Source: Tubiluchus corallicola (Eukaryota; Animalia; Priapulida). From it: 64,000 nucleotides of DNA. The position numbers were made by a program, and so were the translations under genes. Below, piece after piece: positions 52,501 to 64,000 of this stretch. The notes beneath the pieces were generated by a model that made no database searches, was not told the DNA's origin, and saw only the letters and a list, made by a program, of their open reading frames with translations. Location: NCBI GenBank assembly GCA_030141605.1, contig JAQGDQ010000103.1, forward strand, positions 62,001 through 126,000, given 5' to 3'. The first letter of the stretch is position 1. Every line of letters starts with the position of its first letter.

Positions 52501-52542
52501 CAAGTAAACAAAAATATCGTAAATAATAGATGGTTTGTCACA
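49504..52542. repeat. Long inverted repeat, arms 49504-50093 (590 bp) and 51954-52542 (589 bp), LTR U3-derived
   Basis: Direct comparison by eye found about 4 substitutions and one 1-bp indel. Confidence 0.95.
50441..51953 (-). pseudogene. Gypsy pol fragment: integrase C-terminus followed by complete RT core (Gmr1 domain order), truncated at both ends
   Basis: FELVYGH...QKDWYD...GQKVLVLLP...WKGPY...FHINLLK (integrase tail, GPY/F module), then PYRIP, SPFSSP, RFCIDFRKIN, YPIP, MPFGL, YIDD, FLGY, RSFLG.VGFYRRFIPNFS (RT). About 500 codons without a stop. Confidence 0.92.
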
Positions 52543-52979
52543 GGGGGCGGGGTGTTGCAGGTACAAATGTCATGGTCCATTACCTCTTCTCAAGGTAGTA
52601 TATGCATTAGAAGCCACAATATATTAGACTGTAGCTCAACCTCTAGACTACTTTTTCTACTCTGACATTGTATAGGTGGAACTTGTTACGTACACACGTC
52701 TTTGTTACATTTAAAAATTTGACTTATAATTATACTGCTACCTTTTACTGACATTCTGGCTTTTTTCTCGACTCAATATTGGACCAATGTATGCAACAAT
52801 GTATGTATGCATTTTTAGCTTTTTAGTGTAACGTAATAATCTGTAGCACTTATTTTCTAGCACTTTTATTTCAGTAGATTTGTAGAAGTAGTAATTGTAG
52901 ACTACAGAAAATTTGTATTTTTGCGGAATAAACTACATAGATATGGGAACGCAACTTTGGTTTGAGCGTATACATTACA
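52543..52979 (+). mobile_element. Remainder of the BEL/Pao PPT (GGGGGCGGGG) and putative 3' LTR (52553-52979)
   Basis: Purine tract directly followed by TGTTG at 52553, AATAAA at 52927 and ...CATTACA at 52979. Removing the nested insert 49230-52542 and one TSD copy rejoins CAAAGGGGG to CGGGG-TGTT. The LTR 3' end is inferred, as no partner LTR remains. Confidence 0.65.
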
Positions 52980-53199
52980 CCAAGTAAGGTGGCGTTTACC
53001 CAACATCCGGAAGCGTATGCGTATGCGGTTTCCATCTGTGGAACAGCCTGCCGAAGAAATCAATAAAAATCGCTGCAGAAAAAGAATAAGGCATACACAG
53101 GCTGCATTGAAAACATATAAACCGATATTCCGCACTACCCCCCCTCCAAAAAAAACGCATTGGCATCCAAATATATGCTTGTGTATTACGTAAAATGTT

Positions 53200-53350
53200 T
53201 GAAACAACAAAAAAGCCGAGAGGGGGTGGGCAACTACTGATGTATATAGATATACTGCAAAAATATTTAGTAAATATAACTCTATATTTGAGGGGTGATG
53301 CATCGTGGGCGGTGGTTGCATATAGGGTTGCCTGGTATCAACAAGTGGGA
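53200..53350 (+). mobile_element. RTE-like LINE 3' fragment, same family as 1-200
   Basis: Shares gccgagaggggg...tatatagatatactgca...atttgaggg.tgatgcatcg...caacaagtg with the reverse complement of 1-150. Confidence 0.6.
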
Positions 53351-53394
53351 CGTGCCACGACATGATATGATCATCCCACAATTATAATCTACTT

Positions 53395-53700
53395 ATCTTC
53401 TAAAACTAAACATGAAAGAAATATATGACCTGTATTGTCTCCATTCCATGCATCAATATCGTAATTCATATCTTCCAGTAGCTTTTCAGTCATACTTTAG
53501 TCCAGTTTTAAACCAACATAATTATTACACAAGTTATTCGACTGAAAATTATGTACTCTCACTTCCAAAAACAAATATAATGAAACAGTCATCAAAATGT
53601 AATGCTATCAAAGTATGTTTGTCAATTCCTCGTGAAATAAAAAGTCTTAGCTTTTATTAATTTACTACTACACTTACTACAAGAGTATAATTAATTCACA
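53395..53700 (+). mobile_element. L2/Crack-like LINE ORF2 C-terminal remnant
   Basis: EIYDLY...MHQY..SYLPVAFQSYF....HNYYT....YVLSLPKT...IP.EIK resembles the Crack/L2 ORF2 tail. Confidence 0.6.
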
Positions 53701-54089
53701 ACAACTGAACTTATCATGATTCTGTGCTACTAACAAAGTTTGCTTATAATATGACAATTATAATGTAATGTTAATTCTCAGTTACTATACTATTTGGGGG
53801 AGAACCCGATAGCATAATGCTCCTTCCTCTTCCTCACAGTGAGTCACCTGACAATATTTCCTACTAAATGTATATGTCATATATAATGTATTATTCACTG
53901 TGAAGCAAACAAACAACAAAAAAATTAAACCGTGTTTATGACAAAGTCATAAACTTAAGATTCCGCATTATGATCTAAATTGCAACTGTTGACTGTGAAA
54001 AATCTTTGCCGACTTTATCTGTGTTTCAAGATCATAATTTTGCTATTGCTGAATTCTCCGTGCTTGATTACCTATGAAATGCATTTATT

Positions 54090-54490
54090 GCAATCCCATT
54101 TTAACACTTTCGCCTATGTCGCGTGGCCTGGCCACACCTACTTTCCCAAAAATCCTTAGTGCACCACCTACGCCTACCTATACGTGCAATAACATAGGAT
54201 TCTAGTCAAATACTTAAGTGGTGTTGAGTGACAAAGTTATTCTCCATATTATTCACATTTTGGCTCCTGCTAACCTTTGACCCAGAGGCCACCATTCCTA
54301 CACCGTTTTGTGGCTACCTATGTTAGGGTGTCTACCCTGCAAGATTCATGACTCTAGCTCTGATAGTTACGGAGTTATTGATCAAACCCCATTTTAACAA
54401 TTTTGCCCACACGTGCCCTGGCCACGCCCACTTTTTTGAAAAACACTGAATGCACTTCTACACTCACCCGCCTACCCACATAAGTTCTGA
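54090..54490. repeat. About 290-bp-period diverged tandem repeat, possibly internal satellite of a Helentron-like non-autonomous element
   Basis: cccattttaaca...cctggccac.cc.act recurs near 54095 and 54388. Motif caagattcatgactctag...agttacggagttat. Confidence 0.45.
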
Positions 54491-56074
54491 ACAACTGGCG
54501 ATGTCGTAGCCTAACCGACTTTGTAGTTTATTTTACTATTACTGAACGAATGTTGCCTACAGTGTAAACGTAAAAATTAGAATCATAGTTAATAAGATTT
54601 GCATATTCAACTATTTTTGACACCAAGCAACAGTGTCGAGCTAAAATTAACACTAACTAAAAGCTATATTAAAATATGAACATGAATATACAAATTTGCG
54701 TATACATATACACATGAATAAACATATATTAGTATAAATGACTTTGCGAAATTATACGAACAAATACGAAAATATGTTCATGAAGATACAAAGTTCTTTT
54801 GTAATTTATGACAGTGATAACTTACCTACACCTCAAAAACTCAATAAGCACAGAACCGGAAAACAACAGACGTTATACATTCAGCCAACGCCATTAGTTG
54901 TCATAAAAACTGAAAGTCAGTCAGTTCTGATAACAGCTAAATTGAATAGTATGTTAAGCAGCCATTCAAAACTTGTTCTATACAGAACGACTCGGAGGTT
55001 ATTTATGAAAGGAACTCGTTTGATCATTGTCTAATTTATTACAGAATTTAATTAAGTGCCAACAATAACTGGAAGGTTGAAATACGAACAACCTGAACGG
55101 GTAAAATGTGGCTTCTGAGAAGAATCTGTTAAAGGTGAAGAAAGGAAAATTTTAAAGTAAGTTTCCAAAAGACTTTCCATACAAAGTTATAAGACTTATC
55201 ATTACGCTTCCTCTGTTTGAAAGACCTTTAAAACTAGAAAAGAAAATTCTTAGTAATTTATAATTTTTGCACCAACTGGTACTATGTCAGCGCATCGCCA
55301 TCTCAGTGTGCACCACTGGCTCACCAAAACATATTACTGGTCTTATTGACAACATAAAGTAATTTAAACTTTTGCTTAGTTCGAGAAGAGCGTGCTACCA
55401 ATGCTCTGATTTTTTTCAGATTTTACGCAATGTTAAAGGACAAGAAAAGGAGTACCTGAGGTAGGTTTAAGAAAATTCGCTTTCAAAATTATATTACTTT
55501 ACAGCATTTTTATACATATATCGTACCCGCATTAAAAGGAATTTTTGTTTGTTTTCATTTTAGATCTCTCACAATACTGTTGCGATGGCGCCATTACATG
55601 ACGTCACCTACGCAAACGTAAATCAGGGGAAGATAGGGCAATGTTAAATTATGTCCCATGCAAATATATATTACTTTGCATCTCACTTAACTAGAAATAT
55701 TAATTTAAAATGTTCATGCCAATTAGTAAAATGTTACTTGAAACTGATTGCGCCACTCCAAATCCGGTTTAAGTTTTGGATTTGCTAATCAAAATTGGGA
55801 ACAATATTGTCAGAACAATTTATAAAGCCGACATTCCCGATAAATACTTTAAAAAAGTCATTGGAAATGGTACTTAGTTGCTGGCTGTAGATGATTTCCT
55901 AACATTCCTGAGTATATCGACTTCTTAAGAATAATGCCTGAGCAAGAATTTACGTTGAAATGCGCATGTAATGTTTTCAAATTTCGGCTTTCAGTCTTCC
56001 GCAGACCAATTTGTGTCGTAGCAGAATCGTCGAAGCAAACCACGAAAATAAAATAGACAGAATCTCTCATTCGA

Positions 56075-56170
56075 TTACCATGGAAACGGGAGACACCGTC
56101 TACTTTAGCTGCGTGGTTACCATGGAAACGGGAAACACCGTCTACTTTAGCTGCATGGTTACCATGGAAA
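56075..56170. repeat. 42-bp tandem repeat, about 2.3 copies
   Basis: ttaccatggaaacggg.acaccgtctactttagctgc.tgg repeated. Confidence 0.85.
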
Positions 56171-59100
56171 TGGGGCACCGGCTATTTTTGCTGGGTGGTC
56201 ACACGATCTCTTTTAATCTCCAGAAGAATCAAGTTCTTGCTTGCTTTTCGTTGACCTTCATAATATGGTTAAAAGTGATTTGACTGTGACATGAAGAGGA
56301 AAAAATCTCTAACTCCTCTGTATCCAAACTGAGATTTAGCTTAGGCTCAGTATGCATTAGCTTTTGGGCGTATTCACACAAGGAAGAGTGTAAATACGAT
56401 CGAACCATTTCTCCCAGCTACCCTGTATTTCACTTAGTTGCAAAATATCAAGTTTTGCTTTGTAAGTTATGCTGTAAGGCACATCAAAACTTGCTTAATG
56501 GATGTGAAGATAGATGTATCGTTAGCAATATCAATATTATTTACATATTATATTACATAAATACAGTATATGTAACATATATATTTATTTATTTGCATTA
56601 AAATGACCCTTGGGTTCAAATTACATATACTGTATGTATGTACATATGAATGTATATAACAGGAAAAAATCCCAGTGGCAGGAATTTAAAAAGAAAACTT
56701 GTGTAATGCTCTTTCAAAACAGCACGGTGTAGTGTTCTCACAGGTACGTATAAGGAAAAAGGAGAATTGGACCAAAGGTGTACAAAATTACATTTCTTGA
56801 CTTTACATTTCATAACATATTAATCACAGATTATGCGGCACAGAAAAAAATCAGCAAGAGAAAAACGCCAAACAGTACTAATATTACAGCACTAAAAGCA
56901 CCACTTATACAGTTTATATGACAAATGCTAAGTGTACTTCTTTGCTGCTTACTGATGCAAACCTATAGTGTTGCTAGTCATGTGTCCTTAGTAACGCTTT
57001 GCATTCTTATGCATTTTCTTAATAACTGTAGAACAAAGAAATTTCAAATATAATTTGCAACAACAACTAGTGTTAATTTTTTTTACATTGTGAGCTACCT
57101 AATTAAACGAGTATTTACTTATATAAACTATATTTAAACAAGTAGTAAGACAAAGTAGTCAGTAAGTGACAAAAATTGGTAGTTACACCTATAAACAGGG
57201 CCGGATTTATGACCTTTTTGGGCCCCTAGGCTAACGAAACTATGGCCCTCCAGACGGAGCCACCTTCTAACTCGCCAACACTCGTCTTCCTAAAATACCG
57301 TTTCTTTATTAACCGCAGCTGGAAAACCGTGAATAAAAAAGAAAAATATATTTATATACAGAACACTGTACTTACTGGTGTTTTAAATTGCTGTAAGAAA
57401 AGAGAAACAATTATGTGCAATGCTACCATATATGTTTTACATATTTACATACACAAACACATTAACAACAGTGCAGACAAACAAACAATAATAATAAGTG
57501 TAATTATCCATTTCTAAGTAAGCCGTCTAGAAAGGGGAGGTGGGAGGGGTAATGTATCCGCTCTCTATTATACAGTATCTACACAGTTAGGACGCGAAAA
57601 AGCTTTTATAACATTCGACATTCATATATGCCTAAAATAGGTAAATTACAAGAGTAAGGTCACGTACGCCATAAACATTACATTTACAAGGTCGGAACCG
57701 GTCAGGATTGCATTCTAGTTATACACACGGCTTCGGCAATTCTTTGAAGTTAATCACGACTGTTTTACACCTGCAACGGTCCGTGACATTCATACTGATA
57801 TACCCACTTTTATGGCCTCAACTTTTAATGTCCAATGAATATCGTGTGTGTGTGCCACGATCACCCAGTTTATGCTGGCATTTTTTTCGATTTTTGGAAG
57901 CCATTGCAATGTTTAAAAGTTGCTGTCGTTAACATTAAAAAAGTACAAAAATCGGCCAGTTTTAAAACTGTGACTGAAACAATAGCTTGTACTACATGTA
58001 TAGTACTATTTTCTTTTCTTTTTTCTTTTTTTATTTCATTTCACGACAAATAAAAAGTAAACAATATACATTAAAACTTCTGCTACAACTTCTACTACAA
58101 AAGATTTGCTTTACAAGATCCCGCTTGTCTGCTCATTTTCTCATGATAGAAAGAGGGAGATGGAATAGGTTACTCAGGAAGGCGCGCCTCTGTGTCTGCA
58201 GAAAAACAATTTGGGCTTTAGTAACATACAGTCATTATATAACAGTGTGGATCAACATAATCTGATGCATTTTATTTACGAGTGTTTTAACATTTTCAAG
58301 AAATTATGTTTTAACTAACCCAACTTGCAGTTTTTGAAATTAATTTTAACTGTTGTGATTGGACTGTCACCACTCAATAAATTTACTACTAGTTTTACTA
58401 CTACTATAACCCCCACAATAGTACACGTATAGCCATAAAAACACCTCGTTTTTGTTCTTTGGTAGAAACGTAGAACGAGCTGCTAAAAATTCTACCGTTT
58501 TTTGATGATTTCGACAGCATTTGGACAGACGTGACTAGATAAAGGTCGAATGTGTGAACGTGCCCTAATTTGGCAACGCAAATGTTTGTAATTAGAAACA
58601 ACTGCGAATGAAAAACACACGAGCCCTTGATGAAATCTTAAACTGTTCGTGCACGCATTGCGCATGCGGTTTTTTAATTACGTAAAAGCTTGCCAGATCT
58701 TCTTTGTGCAAATGCGCGAATTAAAAGCTTGGCAATTTAGGCGAACATATTGTAAAAACCAGCATGCCGTCAACCGCCTATTCATCAACTAGGTCTTTCA
58801 AACAGCCATTCAATCTCTCACGCGTTCTTTTTTATTATAGCGCAACTTTGCCTGCTATTCTGTTATGACTGCTCTTGCTGAAAAGTGTTATTTTTCACAA
58901 TAGAAAGCTCTCGTTTCTGGCCATAATGTATGTGAAATGCAAAACGCATTTGCAAGATAAACCCAACGGGCGTCAGGTGTCATGTCTTTATTTTTAATGA
59001 CGGCTACAACACAATTGTAATGTATATCATTCAGCAGTGTGCGTTTACGGAAATTCCGAAGAGCATCACATCGAAGAAGAAATTTTAGCAGAAAGTAGAA

Positions 59101-59361
59101 ATGAGAGATATTAATGTGGGATTTTGGTTTATTTTCCAAAATATTGAGGAATGGTATGCCTTGCCGCAGATGAAAATGAAACGTGAATGCGGTCTGTTGA
59201 TTAGAGGAAAAAGCAACATATTTTTTCATATCCTATCCCATTTTGAAATACGAAAAAAGGTATACATTTTAACACCTAGAATTTTTCCTTATTGTTCGAT
59301 TTTGTGCGCATTCTTTCCATGAATTCACATCAGTGTCAGTTGATTTAGTAACTGTGAGTAA

Positions 59362-59875
59362 AGGAAAGGTCAAGCCTTCTGAGAAGTTAGGATTTAGTTA
59401 TAAAAGTGTGATAAATGCCTCGTGTAATTAGTAAAATAACCTTAAAGTCGCGGACATTTCACGCTTGGGCGCTAACATTTTGAACACAAGTATTTCCACC
59501 AATGACGTCATTCATCGACAGGAGAAAAGCAGCGCACTGCTCTGTGTACTGTGTCAAAAGTATAGTAAGTTCTTAAGCAAGCTAGGTAGTTAATTTTGTG
59601 ATACTTTTGCGTAAACTTTAGACAAACTGCAGACGTTTGAATTAGTCACGAAGCCATTTACGGAAAGTCACGATGCACTTACGAAGTCACGAAGTCCACC
59701 AGTTACAAGTGAATGGCGGCGGCCACAGCGCTTCAAAATTTCTGTACAGCGGTAGTGTAAACTAACGTTAAGCTTTACAGACAGTTTTCCCGAACTTCTT
59801 TGTTGTGTTTTTCTAAGTTTAGGTGTTAGCAGTCAAATAAACCCAACATGTTAATTTAATGACGTCTCTTTTCAT
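59362..59875. mobile_element. MITE family B copy
   Basis: AGGAAAGGTCAAG...TTTTCAT-TTAA with shared internal motifs. Confidence 0.75.
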
Positions 59876-59915
59876 TTAAATGCGATCTTTTCAGCGCTTT
59901 GTCTTACAGTTTATC

Positions 59916-61340
59916 AAAGCAAACCAGACGATTGTGTAGACATTAAGTATGCTCAAAATAAAGTATGCTCTAAAATACTGAAAACTGCAACAGCTTTTTT
60001 AAAATCAAAGCTTAGAATGTAATAATAATACCACGGATAGTTAAATTTCGTTAAACTTTCAAAGCTACGTGCGGCTCAGCGAATCCGTTAAGACTGGAAT
60101 TGCACCTTTTTGTCACATTCGCGTGACCGACAAACAGAAGGCGGTACCGTGATAAGCATGGTCATGAACAGCAGTGTTATTTTCTGACGTCAGTGTGACG
60201 TAAGCTCATTTTCGTGACATCACATCACATAGCAATGTTCGTTTACACAACGTGCTTGGCGCGCAGGGAAAACGCTTACCCTTACTGTGGTTAGTCGTCT
60301 GTGACGTAAGCGATGCTGTGTTCGGTTGCCGTTAATTAACTTTTCAAATATCAAAAACATTACTAACTTTTGTAGGCAAAATGTATATTTTGGACAGTAA
60401 ATTAAAACAAGATTGAGTCTAATCAATTGTTCAGTTTTCCTTTAAAAAGTATTGTGTAAGCCTGCAGGTTTTTCTCATGACTGTATGACTTTTTCACCAT
60501 GACTCAGCTGGATAATTTTAAGTCAAAGCTTCAAGGACGGGAAAAATTGCCCCAAGTTAGCGACTGGACGTTGGCAACGCGCATCTGTCACAACCTTGTT
60601 AGACAAGAGATCGATTTTCGTCTCCGTCTCGTTAAAGCGATGATTAGAAACCTAACGAGGAAGATTAGTGTAACTATGCAGATAATGAATTTTACTTCTA
60701 ACGCCGTCTAGCGAGAAATTAGAGAGCTAGGAAATTTGAAATTTGACAATTTGATAAGCATCGACGAGACACCGCAATATCAGTTATAAAAAGACGTGTT
60801 ATTAAAGTAATGGTTCCCGGTGCTCTGTTTTAAAGATTTCTTCATATAATTGAGGATAGTCGATATACCAGACCTAAAACTCTTGTTGATATGAGAAAAT
60901 GTGCTTTGCGTAAGAATGGATGTAAGAAGATGAATTTTATTTTAGTATGCAATGCAGTGTTTACTGTCAGGAAAGGACTGTGTTCTTGAACGAAAACCAG
61001 ACGATTGATTAGACTAAATTTTCATTTTAATTTACTGTTCAAAATATACATTTTCTTGCATACAAAAGCTAGCAGTTGTTTCGAATATTTGAATAATTAC
61101 CTTGGAAAGTTAATTAACGGCAACCGAACACAGCTGTCGCTTACGTGACAAATTAACCACAGCTTTCAAGCACGTTTGCATAAGCGAAGATAAGATGCCG
61201 ATGTGATGTCACGAAAATGGGCTCTACGCAACGCTGTCATTACAGACGAACATTACAGTTCATGTCGGCCACGGGAATGTGTCAGAAAGGCGCCATTGCC
61301 AGTCTTAGTAGATTCGCTGAGCCTGGCGTAGCTTTGAATT
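59916..61340. repeat. Two copies of a further MITE family in inverted orientation (about 59916-60444 and 60990-61340)
   Basis: gctgtgttcggttgccgttaattaactt and attttcgtgacatcacatc are mirrored exactly in the second copy. Confidence 0.75.
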
Positions 61341-61889
61341 TATATATATATATATATAAATGTATATCGTCTGCACTTAAAAAGAGCCCTATATTTGTAG
61401 GGACGTGTCCCTGTATGCGTTGTTTGTTTAAGCTTATGATCTGTTAACTGTATTTGTGTTTACATTTGTGAAAAAAAGAGTTTATTATATATTATAATTT
61501 CAGAAAAAACAGTATTGCTAATGATATTAAACTTCCTCGCAAAATGGAAAAATACAAGAGTGTAAAATTTCTCATTTCACAAGGGTTGAAACTGAAATCT
61601 TACGTGGACAAAAACTGAATATGAGAAAATAAAAATTTTTTTCAAAATGTTTCATACGTACACAACAAACGTATACCTGAGGTACTGTGTGTGTGAGAGA
61701 GAGGGTTTGCGTTTGTGCGTGGATGCGAGTGCGTGTGCGTGTATGCGGGTGTGTTGTGCGTGTGCTAGTACGCGAGGGTTCTGGTAGGGATCCACAAACT
61801 TTCCTGTCTTACCAGGGCGAAGGACAATAGAAGTCATATAGCATGTTGGGTTTATTTTACTGTTATCACTTAAACTTAGAAAAATATAA

Positions 61890-62348
61890 GAAATAAATTT
61901 GCAAACAAGCCGATAAAGCATGAAGTTAATTTATAGTACTGCTATAAAGAAATTTTCAGGCGCTGTGGTAGCCGCCATTCTCTTGAAAATTATGACGTAA
62001 CTGGGGGACTTCGTGACTTTCCGTAAGCGCGTGCTGCTTAAACTGATTCAAACTTCTACGCCTCACGTAATGTTCACGGAAGAATATCACGAATCTGGCT
62101 ATTTAATTTTTTGTAAAAACTTATACTTTTGATGGAAACCGACGGTGTGCTGCTTTTCTTCAGTCGATGAAACTCGTCTTTGGTGGAAAAATGGGCGTTC
62201 AAAATGGGAGCGCCTAGGCGTGAAATGAACGGGACTTTAATGTGAATTACATGAAGCAATTTTCACACTTTCATTACTAAATTCTTCTTCTAACATTTTT
62301 CGCGAACAGTAAAATAGCACTAACTTCCCCGAAGGCTTGCCTTTTTCT
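61890..62348. mobile_element. MITE family B copy, same orientation as 1987-3016
   Basis: tgacgtaactgggggacttcgtgactt is identical to the copy near 2670. Ends cttgcctttttct-TTAA. Confidence 0.7.
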
Positions 62349-63189
62349 TTAAACGTTCACAACAGGTTAATTCACGCTAATTATGTTCTGCAATTACATA
62401 AAAAACTTTACGTAGCATATTTTGCTTTTATTTTCCTTGACAGATACGTGTCGACTCAAACTTCAATTTTCTTAACGTTAGTGACTTTTAGGGCATTGAC
62501 ACACATCCAACTAGGGTTGGACAAACCTACAATTTTAGGTAGTTTTAACTTCACCACTGGATACCTATTCTCATTTTAAATATTCTAGTAGTTTTTGCAG
62601 CAAATCGTAAAGATACACGTTTGTGACATGACATCAACTGAAAATGTATTTCTTTATTCAGCGATTCCAGTCGATTACAACCTGCGAATGCAGGTTAACT
62701 ATATTATTAAAGAATGCAAAAGTGGAAAACTATCTAATAGGGAAGTGAGTGTCAGTCCGTGCTTACTATCTGAGAGTAATTCGCAGTAACTTTTGCTCTC
62801 TAGTCTAAACACGCTTGCGTGTTACTTGACAAGTTGCTTGCCGGGTTACGTGGCGAGAAAACCCGCTAGTCTGAAGACGCCATAACAATCATTAATGCGA
62901 TTTTTAAAATTAGTTTGGAGTTTTCATTAATTTCTTCTGAAGAAAATTTGTGTAATGAGTTCCTGGAAATTTTCGAGTCAATTAGTGTTATGATGAAGCT
63001 GTATTAATTGTGATTAAGTCAATAATGTCGTTAATTATCAGCTTTGCTCTTATCATAGATGATACTCTCGTTGGTGTTGCACTGAACTTGATATTGGCAA
63101 CGGCGTTAGTGATAATAATTATGACGCTGTTGATGATACATGAGAGCCCCCGTGTTATGACTATGACAAGGATGACAATAACGACAACA

Positions 63190-64000
63190 ATAAGCTTAGA
63201 GTACAAAAAGAAAAGGCCCACAGAAATTATAAATTAAGCAGGACGAACGCTTCGTGGCAGTCCTATACTGCTATTAGAAATAAGTACAACAATGCTGTTA
63301 AAAAAGCCAAACGTGACTATTGAGACAAACTGAACGAGAAGCTATTAACTCCTGATACATGCCCTAAAGTCTGGTGGGAAATTACTAAAAGTTTTTACAA
63401 AAATACGTGTGACTATTTTATTTCTCCCATTATAGATGAAGCTGGTGCTGTCACAAGTGATGCTATTTCCAAGTGCAATGCACTTAACAATTACTTTGCC
63501 CAGCAGTGCCGTTTGAATACTTCAAATGCTTCATTACCCAGATTCGTATCGAAGATTGATACATACATGTCTCACATTACTCGAAGAACTCGAAGATTCT
63601 GTACTCGAAGATTTAGTGAAAACACTATTAAGTAACGTCAATATCTATAGGCCCTGATGGAATAAGCAACAAAGTACTTAAACTTTGTGCAAATTCATTA
63701 TCAAGCCCATTAACCCAATTGTTTACCTTCTCATTACAGTCAGGTCATTTTCCTAGCTTATGGAAAGTTGCAAATGTCTGCCCCGTACACAAAGGCGGAG
63801 ATAGACAGCTTGTTTCGAATTACAGACCCGTGGCGCTACTTTCATGTATGTCTAGGATTCTAGAACGCGTTGTCCTTAATCAGATGTATAACTACTTTGC
63901 TATTGATAATAACTTTTTGACGGAAAAGAACTCGAGGTTCAAATCAAACGATAGCACCATCAAAGAGCTAGTTTTAATCGTTCACAATTTGTATACAAGT
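63190..64000 (+). mobile_element. Degenerate non-LTR retrotransposon (CR1/L2-group LINE) ORF2, N-terminal part of RT, runs off the window
   Basis: KKAKRDY, KVWW, LNNYFA, GPDGISNKVLK, LFTFSLQSGHFPSLWKVANVCPVHKGGD...NYRPVALLS...LER, with stops and frameshifts. Confidence 0.9.

Larger units (their letters stand above)
49230..52542 (-). mobile_element. Rearranged Gmr1-like Ty3/gypsy LTR retrotransposon nested in the BEL PPT
   Basis: Termini TGTGAC...GTCACA with GGGGG on both sides (49225-49229, 52543-52547). PBS TGGTGGCAGC on the minus strand (49403-49412), 2 nt after an LTR end. Internal pol fragment and inverted LTR arms. Confidence 0.85.

Noticed and set aside
49504-52542. DIRS or Polinton/DNA-transposon interpretation of the long inverted repeats
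   Set aside because: No tyrosine recombinase, DNA polymerase or transposase. The internal ORF is gypsy INT-RT, and a tRNA PBS and TG..CA ends are present.
57196-57250. hAT-like terminus CAGGGCCGGATTT
   Set aside because: Partner end and TSD not found, so the extent cannot be defined.

Overview
AT-rich animal genomic DNA, probably a protostome invertebrate given the SPR/MIP receptor. It is dense in microsatellites and non-autonomous DNA transposons. Three host genes lie on the minus strand. (1) A GPR158/GPR179-like class C GPCR, missed by the ORF track. I spliced it by hand from 8 phase-consistent exons (13528 to 628, 397 codons: signal peptide, Cache-like domain, EGF/Cys-rich stalk, TM1). 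It continues beyond the window start and appears to use a GC-AG intron. (2) A GT77/PF03407-like nucleotide-diphospho-sugar transferase with an uninterrupted CDS (19993-20982). (3) A sex peptide/myoinhibitory peptide receptor (36062-37291). The most unusual structure is at 45926-52979. A dead BEL/Pao LTR retrotransposon has its polypurine tract split by a 3.3-kb Gmr1-like gypsy element (integrase before RT). That insert has clean TG..CA ends and a G-run TSD, but is internally scrambled: about 590-bp, about 99% identical inverted LTR arms, an exact 89-bp duplication of the U5 end, an internal tRNA-Leu-type PBS, and breakpoints sharing the heptamer CAGCTTA. Also present are a second BEL remnant, several LINE fragments, a tRNA-derived SINE and at least 8 MITE families. 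All family assignments come from motif recognition by eye; no database searches were run.
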